64,000 bases of DNA, taken from contig CAVVEU010000024.1 in NCBI GenBank assembly GCA_963747235.1, positions 512,001-576,000 of the forward strand. Reading direction: 5' to 3'. Source of the DNA: an uncultured Candidatus Rokubacteria bacterium. GTDB lineage: Bacteria; Methylomirabilota; Methylomirabilia; Rokubacteriales; CSP1-6. Both the position numbers and the translations under genes were made by a program. The notes beneath the pieces are model-generated. The model saw only the letters and a program-made list of their open reading frames with translations, did not search any database and was not told where the DNA came from. Shown here one piece after another: positions 47,422 through 60,449 of the stretch. Positions within the stretch are counted from its first letter, which is position 1. Each line of letters starts with the position of its first letter.

Positions 47422-48985
47422 TCACTGCTTCTTCAGGCGCAGGTCTTCGTACGGCGCCGAGTACGCGTGGTTGGCCACGAGCCCCAGCCCGTGGACCTCG
47501 AGGCGCGGGCCCACCCCGTTGAGGAAGGCGGGCTCGATCACCGGCCCGAACATGACCTTCTCGTGGATGAGCTGCTGGATCTTGTGGAGGATCTGCTGGC
47601 GCACCCGCGGGTTCATCTCGTTGACCTGCTCGGTGTAGAGGCCGTCCACGTCGGGATAGGCGCCGTACGCGTAGCGGCCGCCCGTGACCGCGTACTGCTC
47701 GAGGCGCGTGGGCGCGTTGCCGGGCGCGCCGCTGCCGCTGAAGATCACCCCGCGCAGCTTCTTCTCGCCGTACTCCTTGAAGAAGGCGACGCGCTCCATC
47801 GGCCGGAGGCGAAGCCGGATGCCGACCTGCTGGAGGTAGTTGGCCACCGGCTCCCCGATGGCCACGCCGTAGATCGTGTCGCCGGTGAGATCGCCCGCGT
47901 CGAAGCCGTTCGGGTAGCCCGCCTCCACCAGGAGCTGCTTGGCCGCCCTTGGCGTCGAAGGCGTAGGGCGGCGGCGCCCAGAAGTACTCCATGCCCTGGG
48001 GGATGAAGCGAGTGCGCGAGCTTGGAGAGGCCCGAGGTAGACCGCCTGGTTGATGCCGGCGCGGTCGATCGCGAGGTTCGCGGCCAGGCGCACGCGCCGG
48101 TCGTGCCAGGGCGACTTCGGGTCCCACTGCTCGGTGAAGACCAGCCAGGTGGTGAAGGTGAAGTAGGTGGGCAGCCAGGGCGAGCCCGGGCGTGCGCTTG
48201 AGCTCCTCGGCGAGCGGCCCGGTGATCGAGTAGGCCACGTCCACCTCGCCGCGCTTGAGCGCGGCCAGCCGGGTGGACTCGTCGGGGATCGTGCCGCAGC
48301 ACGAGCGTCTTCACCGCCGGGATCTTTCGCCAGTAGTGCTCGTGCGCTTCCAGGATCAGCTCGACGCCCGGCTTGAACGAGACGAACTTGTACGGCCCCG
48401 CGCCCACCGGGCGCCTTCTTGAAGCCCTCGTCGCCCACCTGCTCGACGTACTTCCTGGGCACGATCCAGGCGGCGCCGGTCGCCGGCGTCGCGTAGAAGG
48501 CCAGGAAGTCGGGCCACGCCTGCTTCAGGGTGAAGCGGACACGGTGCGGGTCGAGCGCCTCCACCTTGGCGACCTTGCCCTTGAGCAGGGCCGCGCTCGC
48601 GCCCCGGTACCGCTCGAAGGAGAACTTCACGTCCTCGGCGGTCATCACGTCGCCGTTGTGGAAGCGCACGTTCTTCCGCAGCACGAACTCGTAGACGAGG
48701 CCGTCCTTCGACTGGGTCCACGACTCGGCGAGGGACGGCGCCATCGCCTTGCCGGGCATCGGCTTCACGAGGGCGTCGTGCATGCGCGTACAGCACCATG
48801 AAGGGCGTGATGATCCCGGCGGTCTCGGCCGGATCGAACCAGGTCGGCGCCAGGGAGACGTGCACGGCCCAGGTCACCTGGCCTTCGGGCGCGGCGATGG
48901 CTGCGGGCGGGGCGGGGAAGGTGAAGAGCGCAACGGCCAGCGACAGCGCGATCAGGGTCGAGCGGACAGGGGTCATGGGCACCAT
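47422..48985 (-). CDS. Peptide/nickel ABC solute-binding protein, family 5 (multiple frameshifts)
   Basis: Signal peptide, SLAESW, FHNGD, EDVKFS, GAGPYK, AGYPNGF. Confidence 0.9.
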
Positions 48986-49218
48986 TTCCTGAAGGAGGTG
49001 TGCACGGCGACTCGGACAGAGGGCGCACTCCTGAACAGGGCGGCGAGAAGACCGCCGCGAGGGCCGATAGGCGGATGCGCCGGGGTCCGATCATCACCGT
49101 CTCCTCCATGAGACGAAGGTCGGAGCGCTAGGAAGCTTGGGACTTGGCCTGAGTCGGGTCGGGAGTGCCGTGATTATCGTCGAAACGATGTCCTTGTCAA
49201 TGGGGCGGGAACGGCGAA

Positions 49219-49559
49219 TCAGCGGTCGCGGGCGGTGGTATAGACCTCGATCAGCCCGGTGAGGGTCCGGACGCTGCGGTCGAAGACGTCGGCGGCCCGG
49301 CCGATGGTGGCGGGGGTGGTGCCGTCCATGCGCAGGATGTGGGTCCAGCCCGCGATGGCGTTCAGGTGAGCCCGCAGGTCGTGGCCGAGCTGGTGCCGCG
49401 CCTCGCCGTCCGCCTTCCGCTCCCGCTCCACGGAGCCGCGCAGCGCGGTGACGCGTCCGGCCAGGTCGGCGCGCGCCTCGTCGGGCAGGTCGCGCCGTCC
49501 CGCGACGGCCGCTTCGAGGTTCTCGAGCAGCCCCGCGACGGTCGGGTCCATCGTCTCGA

Positions 49560-49563
<4 letters not shown>
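49219..49563 (-). CDS. Small stand-alone HisKA (DHp)-like protein
   Basis: [20 protein letters not shown] resembles the H-box; GTGA overlap with the activator stop; no ATPase domain. Confidence 0.6.
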
Positions 49564-50958
<1,395 letters not shown>

Positions 50959-50984
50959 CGCGAATCGTCCATGTCCACTGATCG

Positions 50985-51000
50985 AGCAAGGGCCGTGCCC
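50985..51000 (-). promoter_or_regulatory. Putative sigma54 promoter of the activator gene
   Basis: GGGCAC-GGCCC-TTGCT, ending ~27 nt before ATG 50958. Confidence 0.55.
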
Positions 51001-51294
51001 GGACCGAGGGCGCGGCGATGTGCTGGAAACTATGAAGATGACCGCCACGCGATCGGGTCAGCCAGTCGCGATGACGGCATTGTGGCACGGTAAGAACGAC
51101 CCGGCTACCGGCCGGCGACCTCCTGACGCTCGGAAGTTCTGACCCGGTAACCCTTGGGTACTCAGCGCACCGCACCGCCCGATCCGGACGGAAAACGGGC
51201 TCGTTGCCGGGGTTTGGGCGGGTGGCAGCCGAGTTGCTTCGGGTGTTGCGACTTGTGAAGGTGTTGCGATTTTGCGAGAGGAGACCAGACAACG

Positions 51295-51567
51295 ATGGCG
51301 CAGCGGCGAGAGCTTGATGAGTCGCTCCTGACCGAGGTCACCCGGCGCCTGGCCGAGATCTCGGAGACCCAGCACGAACTGGCCCGCCGGCAGCGGATCC
51401 TGTCTCGCGCGGCGACGCAACTCCGCACGGGCAAGGGCGGGGAATCGGTCCTGGCCGAGATCCGCGAGCAGAGCCCGGAGCTGCTCCGGGACTACTGCGA
51501 TCTCCACGTCACGCTCACCACGTCGCCGCCGCTCCGCCCGGTGCCTCGGGTCGCCGCCTCGGCCTGA
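51295..51567 (+). CDS. Hypothetical helical protein (90 aa)
   Basis: AGGAG SD, GC-rich third codon positions, helical character. Confidence 0.65.
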   Translation: MAQRRELDESLLTEVTRRLAEISETQHELARRQRILSRAATQLRTGKGGESVLAEIREQSPELLRDYCDLHVTLTTSPPLRPVPRVAASA

Positions 51568-51591
51568 AGCGGGCCGCGGGCGCCGGGCCGA

Positions 51592-52567
51592 TCAGGCCGA
51601 CGGGGCGAGCGTCTCCGCCCACTCCGGCCGGATCCGCATGCGGGTGACGGCCTCCATCACCCGGTGCGGGCTCCCCAGATCGGACCAGACGATGCGCGGG
51701 AGCCGGGAGACCGCGAGCGCATCCGGACACGCTTCGATCACGCTCTTCGAGAAATTCGCCCGGGCCATCAGCTCGTAGGCCTGTCGGACCGCATCGGCTT
51801 CCTCGGGCGTGCCCAGGAACGGCTCGATGTGGGCCAGGCGATCGCTCAGCTCGGGCAGCGCCTGCCAGCCGGTCTGCACCAGCGTCGCGACCTTGGCGAC
51901 GAGGACCGACGTATTCCACAGGTGACCGGCCCCGAGACAGGCGCGGGCGCGCGCGACCGACGGCTTCTCCCAGAACTGCCGCACCGCCCGGACCGGGCCG
52001 GTGGAGAGATCGCCGAGCGCCTCGTCCGGCTCGATCCATCCGTATTCCACTTCCGGTGAGGTCGGCGGGGCGCCGAGCAGCACGAGCCGCTCGGGATGCT
52101 TCTCGACCCAGGCGGTCACTTCCGCGACGTGGGCCATGAAGGCGGTGTCGCCGAGCAGGAAGTGGTCGGACGGGAAGATCGCCACCGTCGCTTCGGGATT
52201 GCGCCAGGCGATCCAGTGCGCCGGGTAGAGCACCCCGGCGGCGGTGCCGCGATCGAGCGGCTGGGCCAGGATCCGCGGGCGCGTGGCGCCGGAGAACTCC
52301 TCGGCGATGTAGCCGGCGTGCCGGCGGACCGTGACGACGAGCGTACGCTCCGGCGGGATGGCGAGGGCCACGCGGTCGAGGGTCTGCCGTAGGAGCGTGC
52401 GCGGGCCGAGGAGGCGCACGTACTGCTTCGGCCGATCGGCGCCGAACACCTGGCGGACCAGAGGCCGCAGTCGCATGCCCTCGCCGCCGGCCAGGATCAC
52501 CGCCCAGCAGTGCGGCGGTTCGACGCGCGCGATCGTGTCCGTGCTCCAGTAGCGTCTGCTCGCTCAT
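51592..52567 (-). CDS. Mannose-1-phosphate guanylyltransferase-like nucleotidyltransferase (frameshift near start)
   Basis: WAVILAGGEG, RPKQY, FPSDH, EYGWIEP, FWEKP, WSDLGS. Confidence 0.88.
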
Positions 52568-52618
52568 CCCGTCTCCTCCTGCCCCGGGAATTTGATGAAG
52601 GGGGGCGGCGTCGGGAGT

Positions 52619-52633
52619 TCAAGCGACGTGCCA
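52619..52633 (-). promoter_or_regulatory. Putative sigma54 promoter
   Basis: TGGCAC-GTCGC-TTGA. Confidence 0.5.
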
Positions 52634-52790
52634 GCCCGCCATCGAGCCGCGCCTCTCGCCGGCCCAATACTGGCGGGGCATTTTCATGAAGGGCGGCGGG
52701 GCTCGCGGACGAACAGGAGCTTCTACCGGGTTATTTCTTCCGCGACGCCCCGGGTGACTCCGCGCGGACGAGTCCGCTATAATGCGCTCC

Positions 52791-53772
52791 ATGAAACCGC
52801 TCGTCGTGCTCGGAGGGCCCATCCACGAGGATGGGATGAAGCAGCTCGAGGCGGAGGCGCGGGTGGTCGTCACGAGCGCCGAGACCGAGGCCGGCATGAT
52901 CGCCGCCGCCAAGGAGGCCGAGGGCATCCTCTTCCGCTCCAAGCCGGACTGCACCCGGAGCCTGATGGCGGCCTGCCCGAAGCTCAAGGTGGTGGGGCGT
53001 CACGGGGTGGGACTCGACATCGTGGACCTGCCCGCGGCCACCGATCTCGGCGTCGCGGTGGTGCACGCGCCCGGCTCCAACTCGAACTCGGTGGCCGAGC
53101 ACGCGATCATGCTCATGCTGGCCTGCGCCAAGCAGGCGGTGGTGGTGGACCAGCGGACCCGCAAGGCCGAGTGGGGCAAGGCCCGCTGGGAGGGCATGCT
53201 CGAGCTGAACGGCAAGACGCTCGGCATCATCGGCGTCGGCAATATCGGCCGGCGGGTGGCCCGGACCGCGGCCGCGCTCGGCATGCGGGTGATCGGGTAC
53301 GACAAGTACGTGCCGGCCGACGAGGTGCGCAACCGCGGGGTCGAGCCGATGCCCGACATGGCCTCGGTCCTGCGCCAGGCCGACGTGGTGACCTGCCACA
53401 CGCCGCATACCAAGGAATCGCATCACATGATCGACGCCGCCGCGGTGGCCCAGATGAAGGACGGCGTGATCTTCGTGAACACCTCCCGCGGCAAGACCCA
53501 GGACGAGAACGCCCTCGTGGCCGGGCTCGAGAGCGGCAAGATCCGCGCGGCGGGCATCGACGTCTTCGAGGAGGAGCCCGCGTCCTCCGACAACCGCTTC
53601 TTCCAGCTCGAGAACGTGATCGTCTCGCCCCACATCGCGGGGGTGACTCGGGAGACCATGCGCGGGATGGCGCTCCAGGTGACCGCCGAGATGCTCCGCG
53701 TGCTGCGCGGCGAGAAGCCGCACGTGCTCGGCCAACGCCGATCTCTGGCCTCGGCTCGGGCACCTCAAGTAG
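52791..53772 (+). CDS. D-2-hydroxyacid (SerA-like) dehydrogenase (frameshift ~53730)
   Basis: RHGVGLD, GIIGVGNIG, VNTSRG, DVFEEEP, SPHIAG; TATAAT 7 nt upstream. Confidence 0.9.
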
Positions 53773-53796
53773 ACTGGGCGAGGGGAGACACCACCG

Positions 53797-54585
53797 ATGC
53801 CGATCGACGCGCGCCATCCGAAGGAGATCCGGGCCGACATCCGGGCGGGCCGGCTCGCCACCATCACCGCCGGGCTCGCCCCCGGCTTCGTGCAGGCCAA
53901 CCTCGCGGTGCTGCCGAAGGAGCAGGCCTACGACTTCCTGCTCTTCTGCCAGCGCAACCCGCGGCCCTGCCCGCTCATCGAGGTGACCGACGTGGGCTCG
54001 CCCGAGCCGGTGGGGGTGGCGCCGGGGGCCGACCTGCGCACGGACATTCCGCGGTATCGCATCTACAAGGACGGCGTGCTCGCCGACGAGGTCACCGACG
54101 TGACCCCGTTCTGGCGCGATGACCTGGTCGCCTTCCTCCTCGGCTGCTCGTTCACCTTCGAGTGGGCGCTGCTCGACGCGGGCATCCCGATGCGCCACAT
54201 CGACGAGGGCAAGAACGTGGCGATGTGGAAGACCTCGGTGGCGTGCCGGCCCGCCGGCCAGTTCCACGGGCCCATGGTCGTCTCGATGCGGCCGATCCCG
54301 ACCGGGCTCGTCTCGAAGGCGGTGACGGCCTCGGCGCGCTTCCCCGGCGCCCACGGCGCCCCCGTGCACATCGGCGACCCGGCGGCGCTCGGCATCGCCG
54401 ACGTCAACAAGCCCGACTGGGGCGACTCGGTGGGCGTTCGCGCGGGCGAGGTGCCGGTGTTCTGGGCCTGCGGGGTGACGCCGCAGGCGGTGGCGCTGGC
54501 CTCGAAGCCCGCGTTCATGATCACGCACAGCCCGGGGCACATGTTCATCACCGACCTGCCGAATCACACGCTCGCGGCAATCTGA
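53797..54585 (+). CDS. DUF1445/YcsI putative hydro-lyase (D-glutamate cyclase family)
   Basis: QANL, FCQRNPRPCP, DLRTDIPRY, GCSFTFE, HGAPVH, FWACGVTPQ, THSPGHM. Confidence 0.9.
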   Translation: MPIDARHPKEIRADIRAGRLATITAGLAPGFVQANLAVLPKEQAYDFLLFCQRNPRPCPLIEVTDVGSPEPVGVAPGADLRTDIPRYRIYKDGVLADEVTDVTPFWRDDLVAFLLGCSFTFEWALLDAGIPMRHIDEGKNVAMWKTSVACRPAGQFHGPMVVSMRPIPTGLVSKAVTASARFPGAHGAPVHIGDPAALGIADVNKPDWGDSVGVRAGEVPVFWACGVTPQAVALASKPAFMITHSPGHMFITDLPNHTLAAI

Positions 54586-54598
54586 TCACTCCCGCCCG

Positions 54599-55345
54599 GT
54601 GACGATCTGGTCCGAGCCGCGGTTCCTCCCCTGCGGGGATCGCGCCCTCTCGGTCGAGCTGGGTGACGAGATCACCCGCGACATCAACGCCCGCATCCTG
54701 GCGCTCGAGTACCTGCTCCAGCAGAAGCGCGTGCCCGGCGTCGGCGAGACCGTTCCCAGCTATCGCGCCCTGCTCGTCTACTACGACCCGCTCGTGGTGG
54801 GCTACGAGGAGCTGACCGCCACGCTGCGCGGGCTCCTGGCCGAGGCGCGCCCGGAGGTGCTGCCGCCCGTGCGCACCGTGGAGCTGCCGTGCTGCTACGG
54901 CGGCGAGCTGGGCTTCGAGCTCGAGGCCGCCGCGGCCAAGCTCGGGCTCGCGCCCGAGGAGATGGCGCGCCTGCACGCGGCGGCCGACTACTACGTCTAC
55001 TTCGTCGGCTTCACCCCCGGGCTGCCGTACATGACCGGCATGCCCGAGCGCCTGACGATCCCGCGCCTCACGAACCCGCGCGTGAAGACGCCGCCCGGCA
55101 GCGTGAGCATCGGGGGCGTGCAGTGCTGCATCTACTCGGTGGAGAGCCCGGGCGGCTTCTGGGTGCTCGGCCGCACGCCGGTGCGCCTCTACGATCCGAC
55201 CGCGCCCGATCCGATCCTGCTCCGCGCGGGCGATCACGTGCGCTTCCGCCCGGTCGACCGCGCCGAGTACGACGCGATCGCGGCCCTGGTGGACGCCGGC
55301 CGCTACACGCCCCGGATCGCCGGCTCCGTCACCACGACGCCATGA
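54599..55345 (+). CDS. pxpB: 5-oxoprolinase subunit B
   Basis: GDRAL, VPSYRALLV, GFTPG, ESPGGFWVLGRT. Confidence 0.9.
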   Translation: MTIWSEPRFLPCGDRALSVELGDEITRDINARILALEYLLQQKRVPGVGETVPSYRALLVYYDPLVVGYEELTATLRGLLAEARPEVLPPVRTVELPCCYGGELGFELEAAAAKLGLAPEEMARLHAAADYYVYFVGFTPGLPYMTGMPERLTIPRLTNPRVKTPPGSVSIGGVQCCIYSVESPGGFWVLGRTPVRLYDPTAPDPILLRAGDHVRFRPVDRAEYDAIAALVDAGRYTPRIAGSVTTTP

Positions 55346-56271
55346 GCGACCTGCTCGTCCAGGACGCGGGCCCGCTCACCACCATCCAGGACCTGGGCCG
55401 GCCCGGCCATCTGCGCGTGGGCATCCCGGCCTCGGGGCCGATGGACCGCGAGGCCTTCCTCCTCGCCAACCGCCTGATCGCCAATCCGGACACCGCGGCC
55501 GGGCTCGAGTGCACGCTGATCGGCCCGCGCGTGGAGTTCACCGACGAGCGGCTGATCGCGATCACCGGCGCCGACATGGCGCCCACCGTGAACGGCGCGC
55601 CGGTGCCCGCCTGGCAGGGGCTGCGCGTGCACGCGGGCGACGTGCTCAAGCTGGGCCCCGCGCGCAGCGGGGTGCGCGCCTACCTGGCGATCGCGGGCGG
55701 CATCCAGACGCCGCCGGTGCTCGGCTCGCGCGCGACCTACGTGCGCGGCCGGCTGGGCGGCCTCGAGGGCCGCGCGCTGCGCAAGGCCGACCGGCTGCCG
55801 CTGGGCCCGGCGGGGGCGGCCCGGCCGCACCGCCTGCATCCCGACCGCGTGCCCACGTACGGGGGCGAGCCCGAGCTGGCGGTGGTGCTGGGCCCGCAGG
55901 ACGATCGCTTCACGCCGACGGGCATCGCGGCCCTCTTCGAGGCCCCCTACGAGATGCTGCCCCAGAACGACCGCATGGGCGCGCGGCTCAAGGGGGCCGT
56001 CATCGAGCACACCCGCGGCCACGACATCATCTCCGACGGCGTGGCGCTGGGCGGCATCCAGGTCATCGGCGACGGCCAGCCCATCGTGCTGCTGGCCGAC
56101 CGGCAATCCACCGGGGGATACACCAAGATCGGCACCATCTGCTCCTTCCACATCGGCCGGATCGCCCAGGTGAAGCCGGGCGGGCGGCTCCACTTCCGCC
56201 GCGTGACAGTGGCCGAGGCTCATGCGATGCTGCGGCAGAGCCTGCGGTCGCTGGACACCGCTATCGAATAG
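55342..56271 (+). CDS. pxpC: 5-oxoprolinase subunit C
   Basis: TTIQDLGRPG, SGPMD, LGSRAT, DRMGARL, DRQSTGGYTKI. Confidence 0.9.
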   Translation: MSDLLVQDAGPLTTIQDLGRPGHLRVGIPASGPMDREAFLLANRLIANPDTAAGLECTLIGPRVEFTDERLIAITGADMAPTVNGAPVPAWQGLRVHAGDVLKLGPARSGVRAYLAIAGGIQTPPVLGSRATYVRGRLGGLEGRALRKADRLPLGPAGAARPHRLHPDRVPTYGGEPELAVVLGPQDDRFTPTGIAALFEAPYEMLPQNDRMGARLKGAVIEHTRGHDIISDGVALGGIQVIGDGQPIVLLADRQSTGGYTKIGTICSFHIGRIAQVKPGGRLHFRRVTVAEAHAMLRQSLRSLDTAIE

Positions 56272-56295
56272 CCACCGGATCCAGGGAGGAACGCC

Positions 56296-57615
56296 ATGTC
56301 TCTCGAGCGCGCCGTCACCGACTACCAGGCCAAGACCCCCCGCTCCCGCCAGCTCTTCGAGGAGGCGCTGCGGGTGATGCCGGGCGGCAATAGCCGGACG
56401 ACCACCTTCTTCGACCCGTACCCGTTCTACATCACCCGCGGCGAGGGCGCGCGGATCTGGGACGCCGACGGGATCGAGCGGCTCGACTTCAACGGCAACT
56501 ACACGAGCCTGATCCTGGGCCACGCCAACCCGCAGGTGGTGAAGGCGATCCAGGACGCGGCGGTGAACGGCATGTCGTTCCCGGGCCCGAGCGAGCACGA
56601 GATCCGGCTCGCCGAGATCCTCACCACGCGCATTCCGGGCATGGAGGTGGTGCGCTTCGCCAACTCCGGCACCGAGGCCACCATGCACGCGGTGCGGGTG
56701 GCCCGCGCGTTCACCGGCCGCGCCAAGATCGCCAAGTTCGAGGGCGCCTACCACGGCACCCACGACTGGGTGCTGGTGAGCGTGGCGCCGGATCCGGCCA
56801 CCGCCGGCTCGCGCAAGCGGCCGAAGTCGGTGGCGTGGTCCTCGGGCGTGCCGCCCATGGTGCTCAAGCACGTGGTGACGCTGCCGTGGAACGACGCGGA
56901 CGCCTGCGAGAAGATCCTCGAGAAGCAGGGAGGTGACATCGCGGCGCTGATCATCGATCCCTTGCTGGCCAACGCGGGCATGATCCCGGTGCGCGAGGGG
57001 TTCCTCGAGAAGCTGCGCGAGGTCACCCAGCGCCTCGGCATCCTGCTGATCTTCGACGAGGTCATCTCGTTCCGGATCGGCCGCGGCGGCGCCCAGGAGC
57101 GCTTCAACATCCGGCCGGACCTGACCACGCTCGGCAAGATCATCGGCGGCGGCCTCGCGGTGGGCGCCTTCGGCGGGCGCGCGGACGTGATGAACTTCTA
57201 CGACCCGCGCGACGGCAAGGGCCGCATCAACCACGGCGGCACCTTCAACGCCAACCCGCTCACGATGGCGGGCGGCATCGCCACCATGGAGCAGCTCACG
57301 CCGGACGCGTATGCGCGCCTCGAGGCGCTCGGCGATCGGCTGCGCGACGGGGTGCGGCGCCTCCTGCGCAAGAAGGGCTACGCGGGCCAGATCACCGGCA
57401 CCGGCTCGCTCTTCTGGCTGCATCACACCAAGAAGAAGCTGAGCGACTACCGCTCGGCCCGCCCGGAGGATCCGAAGACGCCCGCGCGGACGTTCCTGGG
57501 CCTGGTCAACGAGGGCGTGCTCCTCTCCCAGCGCGGGCTCGGCGCCTGCTCCCTGGCCATGACCGACGCCGACGTGGACCGCTTCGTGGAGACGCTGGGC
57601 CGGGTTCTCGAGTAG
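56296..57615 (+). CDS. Class III aminotransferase (GSA aminomutase-like)
   Basis: MPGGNSR, NSGTEA, GAYHG, FDEVISFR, TLGKIIGGG, GTFNANP. Confidence 0.88.
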   Translation: MSLERAVTDYQAKTPRSRQLFEEALRVMPGGNSRTTTFFDPYPFYITRGEGARIWDADGIERLDFNGNYTSLILGHANPQVVKAIQDAAVNGMSFPGPSEHEIRLAEILTTRIPGMEVVRFANSGTEATMHAVRVARAFTGRAKIAKFEGAYHGTHDWVLVSVAPDPATAGSRKRPKSVAWSSGVPPMVLKHVVTLPWNDADACEKILEKQGGDIAALIIDPLLANAGMIPVREGFLEKLREVTQRLGILLIFDEVISFRIGRGGAQERFNIRPDLTTLGKIIGGGLAVGAFGGRADVMNFYDPRDGKGRINHGGTFNANPLTMAGGIATMEQLTPDAYARLEALGDRLRDGVRRLLRKKGYAGQITGTGSLFWLHHTKKKLSDYRSARPEDPKTPARTFLGLVNEGVLLSQRGLGACSLAMTDADVDRFVETLGRVLE

Positions 57616-57619
57616 GGCC

Positions 57620-58447
57620 ATGAGCCGCCGTCGCCCCTCTTTCGAATGCGCTCGCCTCGCCTTCGGCTGCGGCTCGCAAGGCCATCGACCTCAACTGCGA
57701 CATGGGCGAGTCGTACGGGCGCTGGACGCTCGGCGCCGACGAGGCCATCATGCCGTTCATCAGCTCCGCCAACGTGGCCTGCGGCTTCCACGGCGGCGAC
57801 CCGCACATCATGCGCAAGACGGTGGAGCTGGCGCTGGCGCACCGGCGTCGCCCTCGGCGCCCACCCCTCGCTGCCCGATCTCATGGGCTTCGGCCGGCGC
57901 AAGATGGACGTGAGCCAGCGCGAGCTGCAGGATTACCTCTGCTACCAGACCGGCGCGCTGCGCGAGATCGCGCGCGCGGCGGGGTCCCGAGCTGCAGCAC
58001 ATGAAGCCCCACGGCATCCTCTACAGCATGATGGAGGCCGACGAGGCGCTCGCCACCGCGGCCGGACAGTCCGCGATGGACTCGGACCTGATCCTGATGA
58101 CGCTCGCCTCCGGGCGCTACGACGCCACGTGCCGCAAGATGGGCGCGCGGGTGGCCTCGGAGGGCTTCGCGGACCGCGCCTACAACGTGGACGGCACGCT
58201 CGTCTCCCGCAAGATCGCGGGCTCGCTCATCACCGACCCGGTGAAGGCCGCCGCGCAGGCCGTGGAGATGGCGATGCGCGGGAAGGTCCGCACCATGGAC
58301 GGCGTGGAGATCGACATCTCGGTGCAGACCATCTGCTGCCACGGCGATACCCCGGGCGCCGAGCGCATCGTGCGCACGGTGCGCGAGGCGCTGGAGAAGG
58401 CCGGCTGCCAGGTCAAGCCGCTGCGCGACTGGCTGCCCGCCCACTGA
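57620..58447 (+). CDS. pxpA: 5-oxoprolinase subunit A, LamB/YcsF (frameshifts)
   Basis: [52 protein letters not shown]. Confidence 0.9.
57649..57677 (+). repeat. Dispersed 29-bp repeat, copy 2, within the pxpA 5' region
   Basis: Identical to 29161-29189. Confidence 0.85.
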
Positions 58448-58881
58448 TGACCGGGCGCGCCGCCGGCCTCGTCCTGGTCGCCGCCCTCCTGGCGCCGGGC
58501 TGCTCGGTGGCCCGGCTGCCCGAGACGGCGGCGGCCCGCGAGCAGACCGCGACCCAGCACCGCCTCGACGTGGCCGACTGCAAGGCCGAGGTGGGCTACC
58601 GCCACAACTACAACGGCGACGACTCCCCGCTGGCCAATGCCCTCCGCAACGTCTTCGTCCTCGGCACGAGCGGCGCCGCGCTCGGCGGCTTCCTGACCGG
58701 GCTGCCCACGACCGTCGCGTCGTCGACGGCCAGCGAGGGCCTGATCGCGGGCGCCGGCGCGGGGGGTATCGCGGGCGGCGCGATCAGCGTGACCGGCCGC
58801 TCCCGCTTCGAGCGCGAGTGGATCGCCTGCATGGAGAGCCGCGGCTACCGGATCGTTGCGGCCCCGGCGGCCATCCATTAA
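58447..58881 (+). CDS. Lipoprotein with glycine-zipper-like helices
   Basis: Lipobox-like APGC, DVADC...GAALGG...GAGAGGIAGG...ACMESRGY. Confidence 0.7.
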   Translation: MTGRAAGLVLVAALLAPGCSVARLPETAAAREQTATQHRLDVADCKAEVGYRHNYNGDDSPLANALRNVFVLGTSGAALGGFLTGLPTTVASSTASEGLIAGAGAGGIAGGAISVTGRSRFEREWIACMESRGYRIVAAPAAIH

Positions 58882-58917
58882 GATGAGGGCGCCCCGGGCA
58901 TCCACCCAGGCATCCAG

Positions 58918-60039
<1,122 letters not shown>

Positions 60040-60052
60040 GAGAGAGACGTCG

Positions 60053-60448
60053 ATGGCGAACGTTCCCGCTGAGCTCAAGTACACCCGCGAGCACGAATGG
60101 GCCAAGGTGGAGGGCGACCGCGCCCGCATCGGCATCACCGCCTTCGCCCAGGAGCAGCTCGGCGACGTGGTCTTCGTCGAGTTGCCCAAGGTGGGCGCGA
60201 AGGTCACCGCCATGAAGACGTTCGGGGTGGTCGAGTCGGTGAAGGCGGTCTCCGATCTCTTCGCGCCGGTCTCGGGCGAGGTGGTGGAGGTCAACGCGGA
60301 GCTGCCGAAGCAGCCCGAGCTCGTGAACACCGACCCCTACGGGAAAGGCTGGATGCTCGTCATCCGGATGGCGAATCCGAAAGACGTGGACGGCCTGATG
60401 AGCGCCGGGGACTACGAGAAGCTCATCGCCGACGGCGGCGGGCACTAG
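60053..60448 (+). CDS. gcvH: Glycine cleavage system H protein
   Basis: YTREHEW, GITAFAQ, VESVKAVSD (lipoyl Lys), DPYGKGW. Confidence 0.97.
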   Translation: MANVPAELKYTREHEWAKVEGDRARIGITAFAQEQLGDVVFVELPKVGAKVTAMKTFGVVESVKAVSDLFAPVSGEVVEVNAELPKQPELVNTDPYGKGWMLVIRMANPKDVDGLMSAGDYEKLIADGGGH

Positions 60449-60449
60449 C

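Noticed and set aside
51083-51098. TGGCAC at 51083 (and on the minus strand near 15700) as sigma54 promoters
   Set aside because: No TTGC -12 element at the required spacing.
56296-57615. hemL assignment
   Set aside because: GGNSRT instead of GGVNSPVR and a non-tetrapyrrole context; left as class III aminotransferase.
58882-58917. Glycine riboswitch upstream of gcvT
   Set aside because: The gap is only ~36 nt; it holds just a short GGCATCCA duplication.
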